A stretch of 64,000 bases of DNA from Clostridiaceae bacterium (GTDB lineage Bacteria; Bacillota; Clostridia; Oscillospirales; QAMX01). The stretch is taken from positions 2,826-66,825 of the forward strand of contig JAHAYX010000032.1 in assembly GCA_018384365.1 (NCBI GenBank), read 5' to 3'. The first letter of the stretch is position 1, and each line of letters opens with the position of its first letter. The notes below the pieces were generated by a model, which ran no database searches, was not told the origin of the DNA, and worked only from the letters and a program-made list of their open reading frames with translations. Below, piece after piece: positions 48,972 through 58,065 of this stretch. A program made the position numbers and the translations under genes.

Positions 48972-51185
48972 ATGCGGATACTGCATTTGATAGGAGGCGG
49001 CGATGTCGGCGGCGCGAAAACCCACGTCATCTCGCTGGTCTCCCGGTTACAGGAATATTGCGAGGTGAAACTGGTCAGTTTCCGCGAGGGGCCGTTTGCC
49101 GAGGATTGCCGCGCGGCAGGCATTGACACGGTTGTCGATGAAAGCCACTCGATTTCCGCTGCAACCCACAGGCTTCTGGCGATTGTCGATGAATTTCATC
49201 CGGATGTGCTGCATTGCCATGGCGCGCGCGCGAACATGATGGGCGTCATTATCAAGCGCAAGCGTAAGATTCCCACTGTGACGACAATTCATTCGGATTA
49301 TCGGCTGGATTATCTGGGAAATCTGCGCAAACAGCTGACTTTTGGCATGATTAACCGTGTTTGCCTGCGCAAAATTGATTATTACACCTGCGTGGCGGAC
49401 CGCACGGCGCGCATGATGATATCGCGCGGGTTTGCGCCCTCGCGCGTTTTTACGATTTATAACGGCATTGACTATTCCAAAAAGGAAAAGGCCATAGACC
49501 GGAAGGACTATCTTGCCCAGTTTGGCGCGGACTACTGCGAAGGCGAGGTGCTGTGCGGGATTGCGGCACGCCTGACGGCCGTTAAGGACGTGCAGACGCT
49601 GATTCGTGCCTGCGCGCTGGCAATTTCACGCGGTGCGCCGGTGAAGCTGGTGATCGCGGGCGACGGCGAGGACCGCACTGCGCTGGAAGCGCTGGCGCGT
49701 GAGCTCGGCATTGCAGATAAGGTGGTTTTTGCAGGCTGGATCACGGATGTGCACGCATTTTTCCGCGCAATGGACGTGAATGTGCTGTGTTCCCTGTCGG
49801 AAACCTTCCCGTATGTCGTGCTCGAGGGCATCGACGAGGGCTGTGCAACGATTACATCCGATGTCGGCGGTATGCCGGAACTGATCGAAAACGGCGTGAG
49901 CGGCTACATCTTCCCGCCGCGCGACGTGGAGGCGCTGAGCCGGCATATTTACAGCCTGGCCTGCGATGCGAATTTGCGCCGCACCTTTGCGGAACGTCTT
50001 TGGGAGCGCGCCAATACGCATTTTTCCCTGGACCGCATGGCGCGGACGCAGTTTGATATTTATAACAAGGTGCTGCGCCGTCATGCACTGCAGGGAAAAC
50101 GTGCGGGCGTTCTGATTTGCGGCGCTTATGGCAAGGGAAACGCGGGCGACGATGCCATTCTGCGCGCCATCGTGAACGAAATGCGGGAGATCGACCCGGA
50201 TATGCCGTTGTGTGTGATGTCGCGCCGGCCGGTGGACACCTCGCTGGACTATCGTGTGGATTCCATTTTCACCTTTGATGTTCCCAAAATGCACGCACGG
50301 ATGCGCCGTGCAGCGGTGTATATCAATGGCGGCGGCAGTTTGATTCAGGATATCACGTCGAACCGGTCGTTGTACTTCTACCTGTATACGCTGGCGGCGG
50401 CAAAACGCCGCGGTGCGCGGGTGATGATGTACGGCTGCGGCATAGGACCGGTGACTTCCACAAGCAACCGCAGCCGTGCGGCGCGGGTGCTCAACCGCTA
50501 TGTGGATACGATCACGCTGCGCGAGGATGACTCCCGCGCGGAACTTGACCGGATGGGCGTTTCCCAGCCGCATATTGCCATGGCGGCGGATCCCGCGTTG
50601 ACGCTTTCGCCGGCGGCGGAGGAAACGGTGGATGCAGCCTTTGCTTCTGCCGGTATTCCGGCGCACGGGGAGTATTTGTGCCTGTGTGTGAGAAACTGGC
50701 CGGGCTTTGAACAGGCTGTTCCCGCCATTGCGCAGGCTGTGCAGTATGCACGGGAAAAATACGGGCTGGCACTGGTGGTGCTGCCGATTGAGATGCCGAA
50801 GGATGCCTCGGCGGGGGATGCCGTGGTGCGGGAACTGGACTTCACGCCCTATGTGTTCCGCCGCCGTTTCGATACGGAAACAACGATAGGGATCATTTCG
50901 CGCATGAGGTGCGTGCTGTCGATGCGCCTGCATGCGCTGGTGTTTGCCGCGCGCGAAGGCGTGCCGAACGCCGGCATTGTGTACGACCAGAAAGTGAAGG
51001 GCTTTATGCGCTATATGCACGCGGATTTATATGTGGATCTGGATGCGGCGGACGCCCATACGCTTTGTGCGTTTATAGATGAGATGATGGCAAGCCCGCG
51101 TGCGGAGCTTTTGAGCAATGCGGCGCGGCTTTGCGACCTGGAACACGTGAATGTGACGGAGGCTGCGCGCCTGATCGGAGAGTAA
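48972..51185 (+). CDS. Fusion protein: GT4-family glycosyltransferase plus polysaccharide pyruvyl transferase (CsaB-like)
   Basis: The N-terminal ~370 aa are GT4-like (MRILHLIGGGDVGGAKTH...; E-x7-E region SETFPYVVLEGIDEG). The C-terminal ~360 aa carry VLICGAYGKGNAGDDAIL and NGGGSLIQD, typical of CsaB. Confidence 0.8.
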   Translation: MRILHLIGGGDVGGAKTHVISLVSRLQEYCEVKLVSFREGPFAEDCRAAGIDTVVDESHSISAATHRLLAIVDEFHPDVLHCHGARANMMGVIIKRKRKIPTVTTIHSDYRLDYLGNLRKQLTFGMINRVCLRKIDYYTCVADRTARMMISRGFAPSRVFTIYNGIDYSKKEKAIDRKDYLAQFGADYCEGEVLCGIAARLTAVKDVQTLIRACALAISRGAPVKLVIAGDGEDRTALEALARELGIADKVVFAGWITDVHAFFRAMDVNVLCSLSETFPYVVLEGIDEGCATITSDVGGMPELIENGVSGYIFPPRDVEALSRHIYSLACDANLRRTFAERLWERANTHFSLDRMARTQFDIYNKVLRRHALQGKRAGVLICGAYGKGNAGDDAILRAIVNEMREIDPDMPLCVMSRRPVDTSLDYRVDSIFTFDVPKMHARMRRAAVYINGGGSLIQDITSNRSLYFYLYTLAAAKRRGARVMMYGCGIGPVTSTSNRSRAARVLNRYVDTITLREDDSRAELDRMGVSQPHIAMAADPALTLSPAAEETVDAAFASAGIPAHGEYLCLCVRNWPGFEQAVPAIAQAVQYAREKYGLALVVLPIEMPKDASAGDAVVRELDFTPYVFRRRFDTETTIGIISRMRCVLSMRLHALVFAAREGVPNAGIVYDQKVKGFMRYMHADLYVDLDAADAHTLCAFIDEMMASPRAELLSNAARLCDLEHVNVTEAARLIGE

Positions 51186-51189
51186 GAAT

Positions 51190-51690
51190 ATGAAGCAGTA
51201 TTTGGAAACCGGAAAAATTGTGAATACACACGCCCTGGCGGGTGCTGTGAAGATTATGCCCTGGAGCGACGAACCGGCGTTTTTAAAGGGCCTCCCGCGC
51301 GTTTATATTGATGGGAAGGAGTACCGCGTGCAGTCTGCCAGTATTCAGAAGGGGTTTGTTCTGATGAAACTGGAGGGGATTGACAACGTGGAAGCGGCCA
51401 TGCGGCTGCGCGACCGCATTGTTTATGTAAACCGAGACGACGTGCGGCTCCCCGAGGGACGCTATTTTGTGCAGGACATCATCGGTATGACCGTGCATGA
51501 CCTGCGCGGTGACCGGGACATCGGCGCCTTGCAGGATGTGCTGAATCTTCCGGCCGGCGACGTCTATGTCGTGAAAAACGGCGCTGCGGAGTATCTGATT
51601 CCCGCGAACCCGGTTTTTGTGAAGAACATCGACGCTGAAACCGGCGTGATTACAGTGGAGACAATCAAAGGAATGACAGACGATGAATGA
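51190..51690 (+). CDS. rimM: 16S rRNA processing protein RimM
   Basis: 166 aa. GKIVNTHALAGAVKI... and a PRC-barrel C-terminus. Confidence 0.95.
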   Translation: MKQYLETGKIVNTHALAGAVKIMPWSDEPAFLKGLPRVYIDGKEYRVQSASIQKGFVLMKLEGIDNVEAAMRLRDRIVYVNRDDVRLPEGRYFVQDIIGMTVHDLRGDRDIGALQDVLNLPAGDVYVVKNGAAEYLIPANPVFVKNIDAETGVITVETIKGMTDDE

Positions 51691-52435
51691 CTGCGGGATG
51701 ACCATTGATATCATGACGCTGTTCCCGGATATGATTGACTCCGTGATGCAGGCCAGCGTGATCGGCAAGGCACAGAAGCGCGGCCTGATTCAAATTCGCG
51801 CGACGAATATCCGTGATTATTCCCCGACCTATAACCGCCGGACGGATGATTATCCCTATGGCGGCGGAAAAGGTCTCGTGATGCTCGCGGAGCCGCTGTA
51901 TCTTTGCCATAAGGCGATTTGTGAGCGGGCGGGCGGGCACGTCCATACAGTATTCATGGGTCCGCAGGGACGGCAGTTCAATCAGGATGTTGCGCGTGAA
52001 CTGCTGGGAAAAAAGCACGTGATCTTTGTCTGCGGCCATTATGAGGGCGTGGACGAACGTTTTTTGGAAGAATGTGTGGATGAAGAAATTTCACTGGGCG
52101 ATTTCGTGGTGACAGGCGGTGAAATCCCCGCCATGGCGATGGCGGACGCGATCTGCCGCATGGTGCCGGGTGTTTTGGCGGAAGAAGTATGCTTCACGGA
52201 TGAAAGCCATTGGGACGGCCTGCTGGAATACCCGCAGTATACGCGCCCGGAGGAGTGGCGCGGCCGCCGCGTGCCGGATATTCTGCTTTCCGGCCACCAT
52301 GTCAACATCGAAAAATGGCGCCGCCGTCAATCGCTGCTGCGCACGCTGAAACGGCGCCCGGCGCTGTTAAAAAAGGCGCCTCTCAGCGTGCAGGACGTAC
52401 TGACGCTGGAGGATATTCTCGAAAAAGGCGAGTAA
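51683..52435 (+). CDS. trmD: tRNA (guanine37-N1)-methyltransferase
   Basis: TLFPDM..., PYGGGKGLVM and GHYEGVDER motifs. ATG 51683 has AAGGAA upstream and overlaps the rimM stop. ATG 51698 is an alternative start. Confidence 0.95.
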   Translation: MNDCGMTIDIMTLFPDMIDSVMQASVIGKAQKRGLIQIRATNIRDYSPTYNRRTDDYPYGGGKGLVMLAEPLYLCHKAICERAGGHVHTVFMGPQGRQFNQDVARELLGKKHVIFVCGHYEGVDERFLEECVDEEISLGDFVVTGGEIPAMAMADAICRMVPGVLAEEVCFTDESHWDGLLEYPQYTRPEEWRGRRVPDILLSGHHVNIEKWRRRQSLLRTLKRRPALLKKAPLSVQDVLTLEDILEKGE

Positions 52436-52516
52436 CCCCGCCGTTCCAGCTGCTGTCGTGCAGTATCGAAAGAGCGGGGCGTACTGCCGCCGCAGGACGG
52501 AAAGAGAGGAATCGAA

Positions 52517-53608
52517 ATGCCGGCGTTTATTCCCGGGAAACAGCTCTGCGCGAGCTATTTTTTTGAGATTGCAAAGCCGATTCTGGACGAATCATTTCAG
52601 GAACTGCACTACACTGCCGGGCTTCTGGGCTATGGCTCGGATGTACTGGGCTATGACGATGCGGTTTCGCGCGACCATATGTGGGGGCCGCGGTTTTACC
52701 TGTTTCTGCGTCAGGAAGAAAAGGCGCTGGAACCGGAAATCCGCCGCGTGTTTGCCGCGCGGCTTCCTTATACCTATCAAGGGTACAGCGTGAATTTTTC
52801 CGCGCCTGACCCGGAGGATCACGGCGTGCGCCACCCGGAGCGGATCGACCACGGGGAGGTCAATCCGCTGCTTTTTATTCAAACCGTGCCGGAATATTTG
52901 CAGGAACGGCTGGGGCTTTCGGATTTGAACCGCCTGACGGCGGCTGACTGGCTCTCGTTTTCCGAGCACAGGCTGCTTTCGCTGGCTTCGGCGCAGTTTT
53001 ATGTGGATGGCCTTGGCATGCAGCAGGTTTTGGAGCCGCTGAAGCAGTATCCACGAGACGTACGGCTCTATCTGATTGCCTCGTGCTGGGACGCCATTGC
53101 GTGTGAGCAGGCATTTGCAAAGCGCTGCGGCGCGTATGGCGATGAGCTGGGTTCCCGGCTGATCTGTGCGCGTATTGCGGAGCGTCTGATGCGCCTTTGC
53201 TTTTTGTATCTGGATACCTATGCGCCATACAGCAAGTGGTTCGGCACGGCCTTTGACCGCCTGCCGCTGGATCCTGCGCTGCGGGACGCGATTCATGCCG
53301 CGGTGTCGGCGGATACGGTTGCGGAGCGGGAGGACCGGCTGGTGCGGGCACAGTTGCTGACAGCCGGGCTGCATAACGCGTCCGGCCTGTCGGAACCGGT
53401 GGATGTGCGGATTGAATCGTACTTTGGGCGGGATATCCGCGTGATTTATGCCGACCGCCTTGCCGAAGCGGCGGCGGAGGCACTGCGCGGGACAGAGCTG
53501 GAGGGCGTTCCGCTGATGGGCTCGCTCAGCCAGATCGGCGGACTTTCCACGGTGTCGGATGATGTGTCGTGCCGGAAACGGGTACGGCGCTTCTATGAGA
53601 AAAACTGA
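52517..53608 (+). CDS. DUF4037-like (nucleotidyltransferase-fold-associated) protein
   Basis: 363-aa ORF with a good RBS. The assignment to DUF4037 is from recall only. Confidence 0.5.
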   Translation: MPAFIPGKQLCASYFFEIAKPILDESFQELHYTAGLLGYGSDVLGYDDAVSRDHMWGPRFYLFLRQEEKALEPEIRRVFAARLPYTYQGYSVNFSAPDPEDHGVRHPERIDHGEVNPLLFIQTVPEYLQERLGLSDLNRLTAADWLSFSEHRLLSLASAQFYVDGLGMQQVLEPLKQYPRDVRLYLIASCWDAIACEQAFAKRCGAYGDELGSRLICARIAERLMRLCFLYLDTYAPYSKWFGTAFDRLPLDPALRDAIHAAVSADTVAEREDRLVRAQLLTAGLHNASGLSEPVDVRIESYFGRDIRVIYADRLAEAAAEALRGTELEGVPLMGSLSQIGGLSTVSDDVSCRKRVRRFYEKN

Positions 53609-53638
53609 CGCGCGAAAGCGCGTCCGGGAGGAAACGCC

Positions 53639-54763
53639 ATGCAAAGTGCGCGGCATTTATTGATAAAACCCGCCTCCGGCGGGTGCAATCTTCGTTGTAC
53701 ATATTGCTTTTACCGGGATGAAACGGAAAAACGCCGGTGTGCCTCCTATGGCGTGATGACGGAGCAAACGCAGGAGGCCGTGATCCGAAAGGCGCTCGCG
53801 GCGGTAACGCGGGCGTGCACCTTTGCCTATCAGGGCGGGGAGCCAACTCTTGCGGGCCTGGGGTATTACCGCCGGGCGGCGGCCCTGCAAAAGCAATACC
53901 GCCGGGAGGGTGTGCGGATTTATAACGCCATTCAGACAAACGGCTACCGCCTGGGGGACGAATGGGCGCATTTCTTTGCGGAAAACCGCTTTTTGGTCGG
54001 CCTTTCTCTGGACGGTGTGCGGAAAACGCATGATTGTTACCGTCTCGGACCGGACGGAAACGGAACATTTGATGAAATTCTGAAAACGGCGCGGCTGTTT
54101 GACCGCTGCGGCGTTGCCTATAACATTTTAACGGTGGTAAATGCCCGGACGGCGCATTGCGCGAAGGAGATTTACCGGTTTTACCGGGACTGCGGGTATC
54201 GGTATCTGCAATTTATCCCCTGCCTGGACCCGCTGGACGAAACGCCCGGCGCAGAGGACTATTCCCTGACACCGGCCCTGTATGGCCGCTTTCTGTGCGA
54301 ACTCTTTGACCTCTGGTATGCGGATCTCACGCAGGGACGCCCGGTCTCCATCCGGCAGTTTGACAATTACGTGCAGATGCGCATGGGCTACCCGCCGGAA
54401 TCCTGCGGGATGTGCGGCATTTGCGGTGTGCAGGACGTCGTCGAGGCGGATGGCGGCGTATATCCCTGTGATTTCTATGTGTTGGACGACTACCGCCTTG
54501 GCAATTTGAACGACGATGATTTTGACGCGATCGACCACCGCCGCCGGGAACTGCGATTTCTTGAGGAATCTGTGCAGCCGGATGAACGCTGCCGTGGCTG
54601 TGCGCACTTTGCACTCTGCCGCGGCGGATGCAGACGCTACCGCGAACCGCGTGTGAACGGGCGGCTGGGGCGCAATGTATTCTGTGCAGCATATGAGCAG
54701 TTTTTTGCCTACGCCGGACGCCGCATTGACCGGCTTGCAGCCCGATTTGTGCGTCCGCTTTAG
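53639..54763 (+). CDS. Anaerobic sulfatase-maturating enzyme (radical SAM/SPASM)
   Basis: CNLRCTYCFY radical-SAM cluster motif and C-terminal Cys clusters (CGMCGIC..., CRGC...C..GC). It is adjacent to a Cys-type sulfatase. Confidence 0.9.
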   Translation: MQSARHLLIKPASGGCNLRCTYCFYRDETEKRRCASYGVMTEQTQEAVIRKALAAVTRACTFAYQGGEPTLAGLGYYRRAAALQKQYRREGVRIYNAIQTNGYRLGDEWAHFFAENRFLVGLSLDGVRKTHDCYRLGPDGNGTFDEILKTARLFDRCGVAYNILTVVNARTAHCAKEIYRFYRDCGYRYLQFIPCLDPLDETPGAEDYSLTPALYGRFLCELFDLWYADLTQGRPVSIRQFDNYVQMRMGYPPESCGMCGICGVQDVVEADGGVYPCDFYVLDDYRLGNLNDDDFDAIDHRRRELRFLEESVQPDERCRGCAHFALCRGGCRRYREPRVNGRLGRNVFCAAYEQFFAYAGRRIDRLAARFVRPL

Positions 54764-54832
54764 GAAAACGTGAAAAAACGGAAGATTATTACAAGTGAAA
54801 ATGCAGAATAACATGGGAAGGGAGTATTTATC

Positions 54833-56179
54833 ATGGAAAGAAAGCCAAATGTCATCCTGATCAACTGCGATGATATGGGTTACGGCGACCTGGGGTGCTA
54901 TGGTTCGGAAATCAACCACACGCCGACGATTGACGCCCTGGCGGAGGAGGGCGTGCGGTTCACGTCGTTTTATGCGGCGTCACCGGTTTGCTCCCCGTCA
55001 AGATCGGCATTGATGACGGGCTGTTATCCGCCCCGCGTCGGCATCACGCGCGTGTTGTTCCCCGGCGAACCCTATGGCCTGGACCCGGAGGAATACACTA
55101 TGCCGAAGCTGTTCTCCGACGCCGGGTATGCAACGATGTGCGTTGGAAAATGGCACTGCGGCGACCAGCCGGAGAGCCTGCCCTGCCGCTTTGGCTTTGA
55201 CGATTACTATGGCCTGCCGTACAGCAATGACATGGGTATGCAGGTAGGCAAGACGGACTTTGTGAAAAACCCACCGCTGCCGCTGCTTTCGGGCGACGAG
55301 GTGGTCGAGCAGCAGCCCGACCAGACCTGTCTGACGGAACGGTATGTTGCGGAGTGCATTTCTTTCATCAAGGAAAACCGGGATAAGCCGTTCTTCCTTT
55401 ATTTTGCACAGATGCACGTTCATCTGCCGCTTTATGCACCGCACCACTTTGTCGAAACCTCCGAAAACGGCGATTTCGGCGCGTGCATGGCGGACGTGGA
55501 CTGGTCTGTGAAGGCATTGCTCTATGAATTGAAGCGTTTGGGCATCTATGAGGATACAATGCTGATTTTCACCTCCGACAACGGTTCACGCGGCGACCAC
55601 GGCGCCTGCAATGCACCGCTGCGCGGCACAAAATTTACGGTCTGGGAGGGTGGCCAGCGCGTGCCGTTTATTGTCCACTGGAAGGGCCACGTGCAGGAAG
55701 GTATGGTGGTGAACAGTATGGCGTCCAATATTGACCTGCTGCCGACCTTTGCTGCCATGCTGGATATGCCGTTGCAGGGCAAAAAAATTGACGGCGTGGA
55801 TGTTTCCCGCCTGTTACTGGGCGAGGATGCGCCGGTCAGAACGGAATTCTGCTATTATCAGGACAAAAACCTCGCGGCGATCCGGAAGGACAACTGGAAG
55901 CTGCATCGCGCGCGCAAGGACGAAAAAGTCTGCGAGCTGTATGATCTGGAAGCGGATCTGAGCGAGACAACGGACGTTGCGGACCAGCATCCGGAAGTGG
56001 TTGCCCGGCTTGAGACGCTGGCGCAGCAGTATGCCGCGGAGCTGGGCGACGAAATCCACGGCGTCACCGGTGCGGAGATTCGCCCGTGCCTCTGCGTGGA
56101 CAATCCGAAAACCCTGACGGAGTACGACGAAAACCATCCCTATATTGTGGCGCTTTACGACAAGGGCGACGTTGGCTGA
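54833..56179 (+). CDS. Sulfatase (Cys-type formylglycine site)
   Basis: NCDDMGYGDLG and CSPSRSALMTG (C-x-P-x-R) motifs. Confidence 0.9.
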   Translation: MERKPNVILINCDDMGYGDLGCYGSEINHTPTIDALAEEGVRFTSFYAASPVCSPSRSALMTGCYPPRVGITRVLFPGEPYGLDPEEYTMPKLFSDAGYATMCVGKWHCGDQPESLPCRFGFDDYYGLPYSNDMGMQVGKTDFVKNPPLPLLSGDEVVEQQPDQTCLTERYVAECISFIKENRDKPFFLYFAQMHVHLPLYAPHHFVETSENGDFGACMADVDWSVKALLYELKRLGIYEDTMLIFTSDNGSRGDHGACNAPLRGTKFTVWEGGQRVPFIVHWKGHVQEGMVVNSMASNIDLLPTFAAMLDMPLQGKKIDGVDVSRLLLGEDAPVRTEFCYYQDKNLAAIRKDNWKLHRARKDEKVCELYDLEADLSETTDVADQHPEVVARLETLAQQYAAELGDEIHGVTGAEIRPCLCVDNPKTLTEYDENHPYIVALYDKGDVG

Positions 56180-56199
56180 GCCAGGACGCCGACTCTGAC

Positions 56200-56240
56200 A
56201 AAAAACACCCCGGCAGACGAGCATCTGCCGGGGTGTTTGT
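56200..56240. terminator. Bidirectional terminator between sulfatase and cysE
   Basis: 13-bp stem ACACCCCGGCAGA/TCTGCCGGGGTGT flanked by an A-run and a T-rich run. Confidence 0.8.
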
Positions 56241-56269
56241 ATGCTTTACAATCCTGGTTTTGCCGGGCG

Positions 56270-57136
56270 CTATTTGATGATGGGCGCCGGCTGTGCGTTA
56301 TAAACCTTGGAATATGGAGGGACGGAATGAGTCAGCCAGACATTACCGCCAATGACGGAGCCGCGGCCGATCCGTGTGTCGCCGCCCAAAATGGTAGCAC
56401 CGGAGTAAATAATCACGTCGTCCTCAATGTCCGGATGACGTTTGATGCCTTTCACGGGATTACCGTGCTCGTCAAGGTCAAAACTGCGCGCACCAAGCGT
56501 CACACCCTGATACATCTTCACATTGTCGCCGATTACACAGGTTTCACCGATGACAACGCCGGTGCCGTGGTCGATAAAGAAGCGGCGGCCGATGGCTGCA
56601 CCGGGGTGAATATCGATCCCCGTGCGCTGGTGGGCATATTCCGTCATAATACGCGGGACAACGGGCACATGCAGGGTATAGAGAACGTGCGCCAGACGAT
56701 AAATCATAACAGCCTCAAAGCCGGGATAGGAGAGGAGAATTTCTTCATGATAACGCGCAGCGGGGTCGCCATCGTAAGCAGCCTGGATATCCAGAGCCAG
56801 CAGCTCGCGCACTTCCGGCAACGCTTCGAGGAACTGCGTGACGATCTGATCGGGATCCGTATCTATGCCGAGCGCAGCATCCAAAAGCGCGCGCAGGGTG
56901 ATACCCACGTCGCGCAGACGCGCGGAGATAAAAACATCGATTGCGCCGGAACCGACCGGAACCGTTTCGTAGATGCCGGGAAAGAGGGCGCTGCGAAGCC
57001 CTTCGATCAGTTCAATCACGCGTGCCCGGCCCGCGCTGCCGATCACGCTTTCGCCGTCGGCAAACGCACGGTGCGCCGCCAGCAGTTTCGCGGAGACAGC
57101 AGGGAGCTTTTGGTCAAACAACTCGCTTAATTTCAT
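56270..57136 (-). CDS. cysE: Serine O-acetyltransferase
   Basis: Hexapeptide-repeat region GAAIGRRFFIDHGTGVVIGETCVIGDNVKMYQGVTLG. Confidence 0.9.
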   Translation of the reverse strand: MKLSELFDQKLPAVSAKLLAAHRAFADGESVIGSAGRARVIELIEGLRSALFPGIYETVPVGSGAIDVFISARLRDVGITLRALLDAALGIDTDPDQIVTQFLEALPEVRELLALDIQAAYDGDPAARYHEEILLSYPGFEAVMIYRLAHVLYTLHVPVVPRIMTEYAHQRTGIDIHPGAAIGRRFFIDHGTGVVIGETCVIGDNVKMYQGVTLGARSFDLDEHGNPVKGIKRHPDIEDDVIIYSGATILGGDTRIGRGSVIGGNVWLTHSVPPYSKVYNAQPAPIIK

Positions 57137-58065
57137 ACAGATTCCTCGTATAATTCCGTTGAGAAATACCGTTCGCCCGTATCCGGCAGCAAAACGGCAA
57201 TGGTTTTTCCGGCAAATTTCGGTGCAATGACTGCTGCGGCATGCAGCGCGGCGCCGGAGGAGATACCGGCGAGCACACCGTCCTCACGGGCTGCGGTGCG
57301 CGCGGCGCGATACGCCTCTTCCGTGTGTACGGTGATCACCTCATCGTAAACGGAGGTGTCAAGCGCATCCGGCACAAAGCCTGCGCCGATTCCCTGCAAT
57401 TGATGCGGCCCGGCCTTGCCGCCGGAGAGAACAGGGGAATCTGCCGGTTCCACCGCATAGATGCGGATGGCGGGATTCTGCTCCTTCAGGTAACGTCCCG
57501 TTCCGGTGAGCGTTCCGCCGGTGCCGACCGCGCAGACAAAGGCGGCAATGTCTCCGCCGCAGTCCTGCCAAAGCTCGGGACCGGTGGTCTTGTAATGCGC
57601 GGCAGGGCCCGCGGGATTGGAAAACTGGCCGGGGATGAACCCGCCGCGCAGCGCGGCAATCCGTTTGGCCTCGCGAATGGCGCCTGCCATGCCGTCGGCG
57701 GCAGGGGTGAGCACCAGTTCTGCACCGAGGGCGGAAAGCAGCCTGCGGCGCTCTATGCTCATGCTGTCCGGCATGGTCAGCACGACCGGAAAACCATATT
57801 TTTTCGCAACATAGGCAAGGCCTACACCGGTATTGCCGGAGGTTGGCTCCACAACGCACATACCCGGGCGAAGGCTGCCATCTTCCATGGCCTGTTCCAG
57901 CATTTCGCGGGCGATGCGGTCCTTCGTGGAGCCCAGAGGATTGAACGATTCCAGTTTCGCCGCAATCACGGCGTTCAGGCCGTAAGCCTGCTCAAATCCG
58001 GACAGACGCACGACAGGCGTATGTCCGATCAGCTCGGAAATATGGGAATGAATCATGAAATTCAC
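57133..58065 (-). CDS. cysK: Cysteine synthase A (O-acetylserine sulfhydrylase)
   Basis: ELIGHTPVV, GSTKDR (PLP lysine) and SGNTG motifs. The start is either GTG 58065 (overlaps the pncB stop) or ATG 58056. Confidence 0.95.
   Translation of the reverse strand: MNFMIHSHISELIGHTPVVRLSGFEQAYGLNAVIAAKLESFNPLGSTKDRIAREMLEQAMEDGSLRPGMCVVEPTSGNTGVGLAYVAKKYGFPVVLTMPDSMSIERRRLLSALGAELVLTPAADGMAGAIREAKRIAALRGGFIPGQFSNPAGPAAHYKTTGPELWQDCGGDIAAFVCAVGTGGTLTGTGRYLKEQNPAIRIYAVEPADSPVLSGGKAGPHQLQGIGAGFVPDALDTSVYDEVITVHTEEAYRAARTAAREDGVLAGISSGAALHAAAVIAPKFAGKTIAVLLPDTGERYFSTELYEESV

Noticed and set aside
49626-51020. 464-aa minus-strand ORF
   Set aside because: It is antisense to the GT4-CsaB fusion gene. 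The peptide is His/Arg-rich and low-complexity.
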